Below, in pieces: positions 13,399-26,900 of a DNA stretch of 64,000 bases. Source of the stretch: Raja brachyura (lineage: Eukaryota). A program made the translations under genes and the position numbers. The stretch spans positions 23,684,001 to 23,748,000 of the forward strand of contig OY740801.1 of NCBI GenBank assembly GCA_963514005.1, in the 5' to 3' direction. Under the pieces are notes generated by a model, which worked only from the letters and a program-made list of their open reading frames with translations, made no database searches and was not told the DNA's origin. Position 1 is the first letter of the stretch. Every line of letters begins with the position of its first letter.

Positions 13399-14905
13399 AG
13401 TGCAATCATTAGTATGGAGCATTGTAAGTGGTGTAACGTTGGTACGATTTGTTTGATTCCTCTCTTGATATAGTTTGAATTGCAAGGAGGTCAACACTTC
13501 CCTTCTCTCTCTCTCTCTCCTTGTTTCTGCTGCCCCCTTACCCCAGCCAGTGTCAGTGAGGTCACATTCACACTGAACTCTTCTGCTAAAACGCAGATTT
13601 ATCCAGGCGTGTTGGGGTGTACCCACTGTTTTGTGGTTTGTCACTCCAGGATGTTTTTTAAATTGCAATTGAAGATGGTGGCTATTCCTCTTGAATTGTT
13701 TTTTACTCTGGTTCCACAATTTTTTGATTAACATTTTTTCATTTGGTTCATTCTCCAGTTGGCTTAAAAAATATTAAATCTTCATGGATGTGTGAAGGTG
13801 GTGAGTGGATGAGTAAATTAAGGAAAATATGTTGGGATTGCATATCCTTCATACATTTTAACCATGAGTTTATCCATGTGTACATTTAACTAAATGTTAC
13901 CTGCTCAACACCATGTTGACTCAGCGCCTTGGCAGGGGTTGTGACATTGATCCAGTCCTCAGAGTTAAAGTGAAATCTTAACGAATTGTGCAGTCTGCAT
14001 GCACAATGGATAGTTTTTCAAGATCTACTCCAGACCATATTGAGTCATACGAGTAAAACTGGGGCAGTATGGTAGATGAATGACCCCAGCTTTCTGACAA
14101 AGATTTTCAGCTTTTGGATATGGTCAGGATCAATAACATATGTTGCAATTCTTGCAGAAATTTTAGAATAGTTGAGTTGCATAGCACAAACAGGCCCTTC
14201 AACCACTATGTCTATGCTACCCATCATGCCTGCTGTACTAATCTCACGCCTGCATTAATTCCATATTTCTCTATGCCTTGCTCAATTATGTGCCTGTCAA
14301 GATGCCATAAATCTTGCTGATTATCTCAAAGTTGTGACCGGGTATTTGCTCGTTCCACTTGTATTTCAAGTGTTCCAAAATTCCCCAAAACGTTGCCTCC
14401 ATATTTTGTCGAACCTCAACTTTTAAGTCAACTACAGGTCATCCTCAGATTACATATCTTGTATACATGGGAACAAGTGTTTGGGAGACACATAGTGGAT
14501 TTGCTGGCTACTACCGGGCTGCTAGCATCTTCTGCCATGTGGGAATTTGGTTAATAGTAATATCTGACTGATTGAGTTAACACCTTGGTTACCCTTTGTT
14601 GCGCTATGTTTTTAAATCTGTAACCGGACGACTGCATTTCCAATTTGCAACCTGTTTAGATTATGAACAGCACTCGGGAAGACACTTCATGTGGAGGATG
14701 GTGTTGCCTAATCTCTATTCTCTAGTTTAAATCTTCCCAAACTCATCTGAACTTGCTAATAAGAACCACCCATTGTAGTTTAAGGCACTGTTTAAGAGAT
14801 ATGCATTATCCTGCATAATGTACTTTGAGAAGTTTTTTGAATGATTCTCAATAGCTCAGCTTGCTCTCTGGATAGCTCCATACACTTAATGTTTGTTTCC
14901 CCCAG

Positions 14906-14996
14906 GCATCTGAAGAGGCTTCTCTGCGTGCGCTGGAGAGTCTTATGACAGAATTTTTCCACAGCTGCACGACAAACGAACGGAAAAGGGAAATCG
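14906..14996 (+). CDS. XPO6: XPO6 exon 2 (91 nt)
   Basis: tttcccccag|GCATCTGAAGAG...GAAATCG|gtaagt; ASEEASLRALESLMTEFFHSCTTNERKREI. Confidence 0.96.
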
Positions 14997-17900
14997 GTAA
15001 GTGCCTGGAGATGTCGAATAATTCTAGCTCATCGCCACATTCTTCGGGAGTTCTGATAATCTGACGGGTTACTTAGTATATAAAGAAAGGAACAACCCAC
15101 ACTATCAACCTGTTTTGGATGATGTCTTTCCTGTCTGGCAGCTGCTGCGATACTAACAAGTGCCTGTTGTGAACAGAGACCTGACGGTCCTCTGTTAGGG
15201 TTAGAATTTGCTCACTTGCCCTTCTCCCTACCTGCTACAGCAGGGCCCAATTAATCAAGCTTAAAAACATGCCTTAGTGTGTGGCAAGCTCAGGAGGTGG
15301 GGCAGTATCTGATGTACAGTTATTGTTCCGGTTCAGTAATCTTTCATCAACTGTGTCAGCACTAAACTGGTTGTGGTAGAAAAAGGAGAGGAAAGAACGG
15401 GGTGGAAGATCTATGATTAAATGACAGAAAGAAGACAACCAAAACAAATAGGTTTAAAATCATGATCTAAATTTTCTGGTTCTGATGAAAGTTCATTGCT
15501 CTGAAATGTTTAACTGTGTTTCCCCCTTTCCAGGTGCTGCATTTTCAGTTTTTGTTCCAGATTTGTTATGTCTGCAGTTTGTGCCTTGTTAATTACTTTT
15601 GAGCAAACTAGGTAACACAGTGGTGCAGCAGGTAGTTCCAGCAATCTAGATTCAACCCTGACTTTTGATGCTGTCTCTTTGGAGTTTGCAAGTTCTCCCT
15701 ATAGAAATTTAGAAAAATAGGTGCAGGATTAGGCCTTCCAATATGATCATGGTTGGTTATCTAAAACCAATATCGCATTCCTGCTTTATTCCCATATCCC
15801 TTGATTCCTTTAGCCCTTAGAGCTAAATCTAACTCTCTCTTGAAAACATCCAGGGAATTGGCCTCCACTGCCTTCTGTGGCAGAGAATTCGACAGATTCG
15901 CAACTCTCTGGGTGAAGAAGTTGTTCCTCATCTCAGTCCTAAATGGCCTACCCCTTATTCGTAAACTGTGACCCCTGGTGCTGGATGCCCCCAACATCAA
16001 GAACATTTTTCCTGCATTTCGCCTGTCCAATCCTTTAAGAATTTTATATGTTTGTATAAGATTCCCTCTCATCTGTCTAAATTTCAGTGAATACAAGCTC
16101 AGTCGACACATTCTTTCATCATATGTCAGTCCCGCCATCCCGGGAATTAACCTGGTGAACCTACGCTGCACTCCCTCAATAGCAATAATGTCCTTCCTCA
16201 AATTAGGAGACCAAAATTGCACACAATACACCAGATGCAGTCTCACCAGGTCCCTGTACAACTGCAGTAGGACCTCCTTGCTCCGAAATTCAAATCCTTT
16301 TGCAATGAAAGCCAACATGCCATTAGCTTTCTTCACTGCCTGCTGTACCTGCATGCTTATTTTCAGTGACTGATGTACAAGCACACCCAGGTCTCATTCC
16401 ACCTCTAATTTGACACCATTCAGATAATAATCTGCCTTCCTGTTCTTGCCACCAAAGTGGATAACCTCACATTTATCCACATTATACTGCATCTACCATG
16501 CATCTGCACACTCAGCCAACCTATCCGTGTCACTCTGCAGCCTCATAGCATCCTCATTGCAGCTCACACTGCCACCCAGCTTTGTGTCATCAGCAAACTT
16601 GGAGATATTACATTTAATTCCCTCGTCTAAATCGTTAATATATATTTTAAATATCTGGGGTCCCAGCACCGAGCCTTGCGGTACCCCACTGTTTGCTGCC
16701 TGCCATTCTAAAAAGGACCCATTAATTCCTACTCTTTGCCTCCTGTCTGCCAACCAGTTTTCTATCCATGTCAATACTCTACCACCAATACCATGTACTC
16801 TAATTTTGCAAGCTAATCTCTTGTGTGAGACCTTGACAAAGGCTTTTTGAAAGTCCATATAAACCACATCCACTGGCTCTCCATGATCCATTCTACTTGT
16901 TACATCCTCAAATAATTTCAGAAGATTAATCAAGCATGATTTCCCCATCATAAATCCATGCTGACTTTGACTAATCCTGTCACAGCTTTCCAAATGTACT
17001 GCTATAACATCTTTAACATTCGACTCTAGCATCTTCCCCACTACCGATGTAAGGCTAACTGGTCTATAATTCTCAGGTTTTTTTTTTCTCTTGCGCTCAC
17101 ATTGGCTACCCTCCAGTCCACAGGAACTGATCCAGAGTCGAGAGAACATTGGAAAATGATCACCAATGCATCCATGATTTCAAGGGCCTGCTCCTTGATG
17201 CAGACCATCAGCCCCAGGGGATTTATCTGCCTTCAGTCCCATAAGTTTACCTAACACCAATTCCTGACATGTGAATTCCCTTCAGTTCCTCCCACCCACT
17301 AGATCTGCGGACCCCTCGTATTTCTGGGAGATTGTTTGTGTCTTCCTTGGTGAAGACAGAACCAAAGTACTTGTTTAACTGTTCTGCCATTTCCCGTTTC
17401 CCATTATAAATTCACCTGTACACACAAAATTCTGGAGTAACTCAGCGGGACAGGCAGCATCTCTGGAGCGAAGGAATGGGTGACGTTTCGCATCAAGACC
17501 CTTCTTCAGACTGATCAGTCTGCATTTTGTGTCTACCTTTGATTTAAACCAGCATCTGCAGTTCTTTCTTACACATAAATTCACCTGTCTCTGATTGTAA
17601 GGACCTACATTTGTCTAATCTTTTCCTTTTTACATATCTTTACAAAGAAGCTGTTGGAGTCTGTTTTTATATTCCCCTCAAGCTTCCTTTCATGCTCCTT
17701 TCGCCCCCTCTTAATTAACCCCTTTGTCCTCTTCCGTTGAGTTCTAAATTTCTCCCAGTCCTCCGGTTATTTGCTTCCTCTGGCCACTTTATATGCCTGT
17801 TCTTTGGATTTAACACTATCCTTGGTTTCCCTCGTCAGCCACTGTTGAGCCGCCTTCCCCGTTTCATTTGTTTGCTAGACGGGAATTAACAATTTTTGGG

Positions 17901-20900
17901 GTTCATCCTTGCGGTTTTTAAATCTTTGCCATTGCATCTTCACCGTCAACTCTTTAAGTATAATTTGCCCGTCTATCCTAGCCAATTCCCATCTCATACC
18001 TTGAAAGTCTCCTGCCTTTAAGTTCAGGACCCTAGTCTCTCACTTTCCATCCTAATGCAGAATTCCACCATATTATGGTCAATGTTGCCCAAGGGGCTTT
18101 TACACAACAAGATCGCTAACTAATCCTTCCTCATTACACAATACCCAGTCTAGGATGGCCTGTCCTCTAGTCGGTTCTTCTACATATTAGTTTAAAAAAA
18201 CATCCTGTATACATTCCAGGAAATCCTCCTTAGTGCTGCTACCAATTTAATTGGCCCAATCTATTTGTAGATTAAAGTCACCCATGATAACTATGATTGT
18301 ATTTCTTTCCTCCAGGTGCTCCAGTTTCCTCCCACATCTCAAGGACTGTAAATTTCCCCTCATGTAGGTGGGTGCTGGGAGAATCAGGATGGAGTTGATT
18401 GGCATGTGAAAAATAGTAAGCGGGGAAATATTTGGGGGATAGGATTGGCTGAGAACAGGCATAGACTCAATGGGCTGAATGGCCTACACGATTGTAATGA
18501 AATATAGTATGAAATGAAATTGAGTTTACTAAATTGTAAGACGCTTCAACGGGAAGAAATATTTGGAAACCATATGAATCTGGGATGGAGGAAAATAATC
18601 CATGAAAATAGAATAAATAATAGAGAGGAATGGCAGAGTAGTAAGGCTCGGAATACTTTCCCCAATATTATCTTGGAAGGTGGTGTTGTTGCTCATTGAT
18701 GTTCACCCGTGTAACCACCATAGTCCACAGTGACTGCATTCCTTTATGTTAATTCTCTTTGTTAACAGTCTACTATAATTCACCAGACTTTGTCGTAATC
18801 ACAACTTCTTTCTCATTCTGTCTTTCTAGATTTTACACACTATTAGCATTTGCCTACCTGTTCACCGGTTGATCTGCTTCCAAACTACTGACTGGGCTAT
18901 TGTGATGGTGGTGTGTCATATCTCTTTGTCTTGTGTCAAATGCTTGCCTCACTGTGACTATTCTTTATCCTACAGAAGAGTTGTTGAATAATTTTGCACA
19001 ACAGATTGGAGCATGGCAGCACTGTATTTACTTCTTATCCAACACTCGCAATGAGTATGTCATGATGTACAACTTGACTGTGTTTGAGGTGAGTCTAGAC
19101 TGTTGGCCAAACATCGCAGGAAATGTGTTGAAGTGTAAGGTCATTGGGTAACCTGGGCCTGATTTAGTTGCGTTGCACAAGGAAACCTTTATGTACGAGT
19201 TACAAAATGGGGCCTGGGGATTGTGAGAGAAGGGGGTAAGAGATCTTCTGAAATAGATGTTGCCTCTGGTGTAGATAGTAACAAATCACTTGGTATAAAA
19301 TGGCTGATTTCTTTTAGTTTGCAGTACTATGGATAAACATGTACAAGGTCATTTCAGTTACACCAATACCAATAATGCACAAAACGGTCCACAGCACTGT
19401 ACAAAAGAAAAGCATCCTTAAATGGGAGCGCGGATAATGAAGTTGCTAGTAATGAAGTTGCTGCTCTGTAGTGGCACCTTGTGATGTTTGCATAATTTTA
19501 TGTAATGTTGTGGCTCGTGTGTTTATACATATTTTATGTAGGTTAGAGGTTGTATAAATTTTATATTTGAAAATTCCATTGCTCTTTCCCATCCAGAACC
19601 TGATTAATAAGATGTGGCTGGGAGTTCCTTCTCAGGACAAGATGGAGATTCGAAGCTGCCTACCTAAGCTTCTGTTGGCACACCACAAGACAATGCCATA
19701 CTTCATCCGCAACAAGTTATGCAAAGTAATTGTGGATATTGGTCGGCAGGACTGGCCAATGTTTTACCATGACTTCTTCTCCAGCACATTGCAGGTAAAG
19801 TGGAGAAGTGAAACGTGCTCCCTCGATCTGCCTACACCTGTAATTACTGGTCAACACAGGCAATCATTACTTTGTGTGTGTGTAATTTATTATGAGAACT
19901 GCTTCCTTGTTTCACTCCTAAATGGCCTCACCAAGGGAATGTCACCATATTCTAAATTTCCATGCCAGAGGAAATATTTTCTACACTCTATGGAATTGAT
20001 TGGCTATTTAAAACGTTAATTAAATTGCCTTGCAACTTTTAAGTTCTAGTGCATTATTCCAGTTGACACTTATGCGTCTCCTATCATGGTTAGCCACATC
20101 TTTATTGCCTGTGGTCGGGAACTTTTAGTTTGCAGCTGATAAAGTTAACATTAGGTTGTTTCCCTTTGATTTGCAAGAAGGTGTGGTATTTTGTCATGAT
20201 CTTTGTATTCTAGTGAGATGAATTAGTAATGTACATCATGTAGATCCAGTCATCTTTGATGTTCTCGCCTCGTAATATTGCCTATTTATCTTATTTTGTC
20301 ATGTTAATGTCTTCCAATTTCAGTTAATCCAGGCTCCTTCCACCACGCCTTTGGGTCTAATCATGTTGAAGACCACCTCGGAGGAGTTAGCATGCCCACG
20401 GGAGGACCTCAGTGTGGCACGTAAGGAGGAACTCCGGAAACTGCTGCTGGATCAAGTGCCAGCAGTGCTGGGTCTTCTGACAGGTCAGTATCAGAGGTAG
20501 AGCAATCCTGGGTAAACCTTGGCAGGCTTATCTTCCATGCTGTAGGTAAATATCGCATATAGAACTTTTACCAGAACCATACAGGACAGTATTTCAATCT
20601 CAAGCTCCTAAAACATGTTAAATCACTAAAATCAATGATAATTATTGTCTGTTTGAAAATAAACTGAATTAACTGTTTTTAAAACCATATAACCATATAA
20701 CAATTGCAGCACAGAAACAGGCCTTCTCGGCCCTTCAGGTCCGTGCCAACCATTTATTTTCCCCTAGTCCCTCTACCTGCACTCAGACCATACCCCTCCA
20801 TTCCCTTCCCGTCAATATACCTATCCACTTTACTTTTAAATGCTACAATCGATCCTGCCTCCACCACTCCTGCAGGAAGATCATTGTATAGTATAGTAGT

Positions 20901-23900
20901 TATCGGGAAAGAGCAATAAAATTGGATTTGTGTCACTAAGGTTGAATCAATGTAAGCTGGCAATTAAATTGGACAGATCATTATAATCATTTGAGAGACA
21001 TCTAAAAAAATGCACTGCATTTGGGAGTATTGTTTATGTTTTACCTTCCCCCTTCCCTGATTCAAATCCTTTAATTTTGTGACATTTATTCCGAGTTAAC
21101 TTGGCTCAGTTACTTGGCCTTTGGTGTTGATAGGCTCAGAATTTCAGAAGTTGAAAGCACAAACATGGCTGAGACTTCACTGCATTACTGAGGAAGAGCC
21201 GTGTTGTCGGAAGTCCCGCGTTCTTTATTGAACAATAAACGAAGGATTCATTCATTCTGTCAGAAATGTAGGACCTACCATTATGACCATTAGGTTCCCC
21301 TGATGTCCTTGCCAACAGTCCTCTCCAGCAACACCACAGTCTGTGTCACCATGGTCCCAATGTTAGCCTCTGGGTCTTCCATTTCTGACTGGATAAATTA
21401 ATGTAGCCAAATTACAATTAAAACACAAAGTACTTGTGCTATAACACTAGGATAAGCGCTCAACTAAGAAAACCATGCCCAAAGCCAAAGTACTATCTAA
21501 ACTTGTACCAATTTATGATAAGGACAATAAGTAATTCTAAATGTAATGAGCAGCTGTATACATGTTAACAAGCTCATTTAAAAAAACTGATTGTTTAAAT
21601 ACAAGTATATCATTGGGGTTATTAAGTGAGCACCTCCCTTCATTGGTGTATTATTGAGTTAGGCCCACCACACCTCAGGATTGCTCAACAGTTAGCTCTG
21701 GTGTCCCAGAACCCCCCTCAATACCCCCTCTCACCACCTACCAGTATCTACTAAATAAAGGAAACTAGACTATTAATTCACTCCTACAAATGCGAAACAC
21801 CTGCATCCTATCTTCCATTTATCTTAGCCCATCATTAAACTCGTAACACCACAAATATCAACCTTGGATAAAACCGTGATATGCTTACGCAGACTACATT
21901 TACAAAGAAATACGCAAACTGCATGTTATACATTTTCTTTCTGCCCCCAACTGATGCTATTTCTTTTCCACCAAATCCACCTTGCTCTGCTGCCTCTAAC
22001 CTCTGCTTTAAGGCCTGATGCAAACTGTCCTCAAATTCCTAGCTCTCCAATAGCGATGTGCTTGATCTCGCTATGAAACCTCTACAACCCACCTCTACCT
22101 GACATACTCTTGCTCTCCATCTTCACTGCTCAACCTCTGCTGCCAACTCTACATATCTGAACTTTTTCCTTTCATAAGCCTCATCCACTAAGTTCTCCCA
22201 AGGCACTGTCAGTTCTATAAAATACACTATACGCTGACTAACTGACCAGAACATTTTACCAGGCCAAAAAGTAGCACTAATTATTTCCTGCAGAACAACA
22301 AGTTTTCCTCCAAAATCTACCTGCAGCTACCAATTATTGGCTCCCCATAAATGGCCTAACTCATACCTTTCTGAGAACTTCCCTCCTTTCCCTTTCTCTC
22401 CTTTGTGAACAAAATGAATTGCTACACTCTCAGCCCTGATGCCTACTGAATTCACGTGCTCTCCTCCTCTCAATTGCTGCAGCTACGCACTTTAAGACCT
22501 GGTTATACCACCAAGTATACTGACCCTGAGAATGATTGGTCCTACATCCTGACAAAATATGCCTCCACGTTGCCACTTCTGAACACAGGGAAGGAACATG
22601 CCGAGTCCCCATTAGCCCATTGTTTGAGGTTCTGCAGTAATGCAATGAAGTGTCAGCCAAATTCGTTCGTTCAACTTCTGAAAATCATCTCGGGGGCGTT
22701 TCCAGATTTTCTCACGTGTGAATACATTGATTATGAAATACTTGCGGGAGTCCAAATAAAATTGGTTTCATAAATGTTCATAACTAGGAAAATGATAAAA
22801 ACCTATTTATGGAGGTGTATCAAATGTATAAAACATGGGAAATATAACCCTTATGTTATCAAAACTTTCAAGTTTTATCTGTGTTTTGTGGAGGTGGGAA
22901 TGTATCTGGCAGTCACTTGTGTACCACTTTACCTCAAGTAATAGTATAATTGATCTCAGCCAAAAAAACTACTGGTGTTTCATCTCATTGCTGTTTTTGG
23001 AGATTCTTTACATCAAATGACCATTTTGTACAGAATGAATGGGATTGCAATTCATCCTGTTAAACGGTGTGGGAGACTCCACAATACACAAGTTTGGGCA
23101 AGTGAGAATTCCCTTCCACTTCCATCTCAACATCAGATAATAGAGGCAGGCTGTCGAGTTTTTAGAAACCATCGAATGACTGGAAAATAGATTTTCAGTA
23201 ACCTAGAAAGAAGTATTTGAAAAACAATCAGAAGAGCTGCTGCAATAAATGGGAAGAGAGGGAAAAAGCGGACGTCAGTCCTATAGGGGCTGATAGCAGG
23301 AATTAATTCTTAAGGGATTGGACGGGCTCGATGCAGGAAAAATGTTCCCCATGTTGGGGAAGTCTAGAACCAGAGGTCACAATTTAAGAATAAGGGGTAG
23401 GCCATTTAGGACTGAGATGAGGAAAAACCTTTTCAGCCAGAGAGTTGTGAATCTGTGGAATTCTTTGCCACAGAAGGCAGTGGGGGCCAATTCACTGTAT
23501 GTATTCAAGAGAGTTGGATATAGGATATAGCTCTTACGGCTAACGGAATAAAAGGATTTGGGGAGACAGCAGGAACAGTGTACTAATTCTGGATGATCAG
23601 CCATGATCATATTTAATGGCGGTGCTGACTCGAAGGGCCGAATGACCTACTCCAGCACCTATTTTCTATGTTTCTATGATAATTCTGGTTAGTTGTGAGA
23701 TGGCTGGTATTTTGAATGTATTCCTGGAGATGATCGGCATTTGAAGTGGAGGCCTGTCTCGACTCCGCCTGCATGAACACGCAGGATCTGTTCGATTTCC
23801 TGCTCATTGTTGGGAGACCTGATGCGCAGCCCTTTTTATTTCTAACCTGTGTGTAGATAAGGCTGTGGGCATAACACTTCAGTAAAGATGCTTTGTTGCG

Positions 23901-26900
23901 GGTACAGAAGATAGTGAAGAAAATAATTTTATAAAATACATGGATATGTTGGAGATTCCTTGTAATGGAAGTTGTGAAGAAATTGGATGTTAAAATTGCT
24001 AAAGGGTTCAGACGGTGTATAGATAGATAACCGTCTCCTGCATACTGGTGTATAAATTTGGAGAACTGCCCGGCAGACTGCTCGTGCAAATCCTGATATA
24101 GTTGTACTCCAAGAATCATTTCTGGCAAACAATATTGCAGGCTTCTCCATTGCATTGCTTGTGTAATGGTAGTACTGACTCAACAAAAAGATTGGACAGG
24201 CAGGAAGGAGTAGCCCCGCGAATTCCCAGTTTTGATTTCAGACCCAATGAAGCTCTGGCATGTTGAACAAGGAAGCTTTCCTCAGTTGATGAATCTGTGC
24301 TCCTTGTGTTGAGTACTTGGAAGCAGAAGTGGAGAGGGTATAGAATATTGTTTGGAAGGAGGACCTCATTGATCATCAGGAATGTACGTACGGCAGCACC
24401 AGTGCTGACTTGGCATAATCCTAAACGGCACATCTGCCAGATTAGGTCCGTGTCAGGTGGTGCATGAACCAGCTCTGATTATAAACATCTTGTGGCCCAT
24501 CTGTAGCTGGTGCATCTGTACTTGAAGCCACTGGTAGAAGGGACCACAACACAGTCCTTATCAAGGCGGTCAAGCACTCGGGCCCTCCATGTTGTGTGGC
24601 ATTACAGTTATGTTAAATAAGATGGATTCAGCACAGTTCTGACACCTCAAAATCAGGCGTCCACAAGGCACCACAGGCCGTCAGCAGCAGAAGTATAAAG
24701 CTCAGTAATCTGTACCGAATTGGCCCAGAATATCCCTTACTCTGCCATTATCATTTCCAGCTAACCAGTGGATCAAGCCTGGTTCAGTCAAGTGTTAGTT
24801 TGTTGTTATGTGTACCAATGCAGCAGAAAACATTTTTACATGCTATTCAGGAAAATCATACCATACCCGAGTACAACAGGTAGTGTAAAAGATAAAATAA
24901 GAGTGCAGAATATACTGTTAGAGCTGAAGAGAAAGTACAGATTTTAAAAAAATGTTTCATGGGTCACAGTGAGTTAGATTGGTAGATCGAGAATTCATCC
25001 GTAGCTTATGAGAGGTCAGTTCAAGAGATGGATAACACTGGGGAAGAAGCTGCTTTTGAATTTGAAGCTTTTGTATCTTCTACCCAATGGGGGGGACAAG
25101 GGAGAATACCTTGAGTGTAATGCGCCTGTCCCACTAAGGAAACCTGAATGGAAACCTCTGGAGACTTTGCGCCCCACCCAAGGTTTCCCTGCGGTTCCCG
25201 GAGGTTTTTGTCAGTCTCCCTAATGGTCGAAAGTGGTTTCCGTTTTAAAAATCGGTAATTTTTTAGTCTAAGCCAGTTGCGATGCAGTTGAAGGTGGTTG
25301 CCGGGTGACAAAAACCTCCGGGAATCGCATGGAAACCTTGGGTGGGGTGCAAAGTCTCCAGAGGTTTCCATTCCGGTTTCCTAAGTGGAACAGGGACATA
25401 TTTGCTGCTTCCCCAAGCTAGCGTGAAGTAAGGATGGAGTTGAAGAGGGGGGGCTGGTTTGTGTGTTGTACTGGGTTGCGATATCAACTCTGGCATTTCT
25501 TTCTGTCCTGAGCCGAGCAGTTGCCAAACATCTGGATAGGATGCTTTCTATGGTGCGTCTATAGAAATTGGTAAGAGTCATTGGAGGAGGTACAGGTGTT
25601 AGTGTGCTTTCTTGGACCGAGTGTCAATGTGGTTGGACCAGGACAAATTGTTGGTGTTTGCACCGAGCAACTTGATGTTCTCTGCCATCTCCACTTCAGC
25701 ACCACCAGTATAGGCTGGGGCGTGTACTCCAACCTGCTGCCTGAAGTCAATGACCAGCTTCCTTTTGCTGACATTGAGGGAGACGTGTTGTTCTAACACC
25801 ATGTTACTTTGTGCTCTATCTCCTTGTGTCATCTGCAAATCTGTAAATGAATTTGGTCTTTCAGTCATGAGTATATCGTGAGGGACTGGGAACACATCTT
25901 TGTATGGCACTGATGTTAGAATGATTGTGGAGGATGTTTTGTCACATATCTTAAGTGGAGCTAGAGAACTTGCAGAAAAGATTTACAGGGATGTTGCCTG
26001 GATTGGAGAGCTGTAATTACAAGGAGAGATTGGATAGACTGGCTCTGTTTGAACAAAGAAAACTGAGATGACATGATTGGGGGTGTATAAAATTGAGTTA
26101 AATGGTTTTTTTCCCCCACAGCTAAAATTATGGAGAAGTTTAAAGGGGATCAGAGGGGTACATTTCTCTGGAATGAGCTGTCAGAGGAGGGGTGGAGGCA
26201 GGAACATTTAAGAGACATCTGGACAGGTACTTGAATGAACGGGGATTAGAGGTTATGGAATTAGTGCAGGCAAGTGGGATTAGTATAGACAAGCATGATG
26301 GCTGGCATAGATGCAGTGGGCCGAATGGCCCATTTCTATGTTGTGCAACCGATTCTGTCTCGAAATCGCCCTTTTCCGTGTGACTTATTTGAGTCTCGTA
26401 AATGTAAATGAGTTTTTACACCTATTCAGCTGAGACTATCCACATAGAAGTCAGCTGTGCGGGTTTCCTCCCCCATTCAATAAACTTCCTATTTTGCAAC
26501 ATTCTACTTCCTGTGTGGAACTTATACAGGCTTCTCTGGGAAGCGCCAGGATATTGATGTGCTGAAGATTCCCAGTGGAGCTGTTCCAGCCACTGGCTGT
26601 GTGCACTCGTGCTGATCCAGTCATGCAGGTCAGCAACGATGTACACAACATGCAACACATTTGTAGACAGTAATACGAGACTGTCAGCGGGCCTTTTGTG
26701 ATGAATGCCCATTTGGTCTTTCACAAGACTTGCTGAAATAACAAGGATTTATTTGCTGTTTCATGTGCTCTTCTGCTTATCATTTCTAGTAAACGCTAAG
26801 TATTGTGTAAGTGGAACTGCTGCTCTGAAGTGTTGATTAAAGCTCTTTCCATTGTGCTTTGAGGAAGGTGTCTGCTAGTGAATATTGAAATTAGCCAGGT

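Noticed and set aside
174-14571. Many short ORFs in the six-frame track
   Set aside because: No recognisable domains or splice context; consistent with random intronic or TE-derived ORFs.
1-14905. XPO6 first exon / promoter
   Set aside because: No CpG island and no convincing ATG|gt donor found; exon 1 probably lies upstream of the window.
15761-17149. 207-aa and 218-aa ORFs as an active reverse transcriptase gene
   Set aside because: Fragments of a stop- and frameshift-disrupted CR1 ORF2, and the element is interrupted by another insertion.
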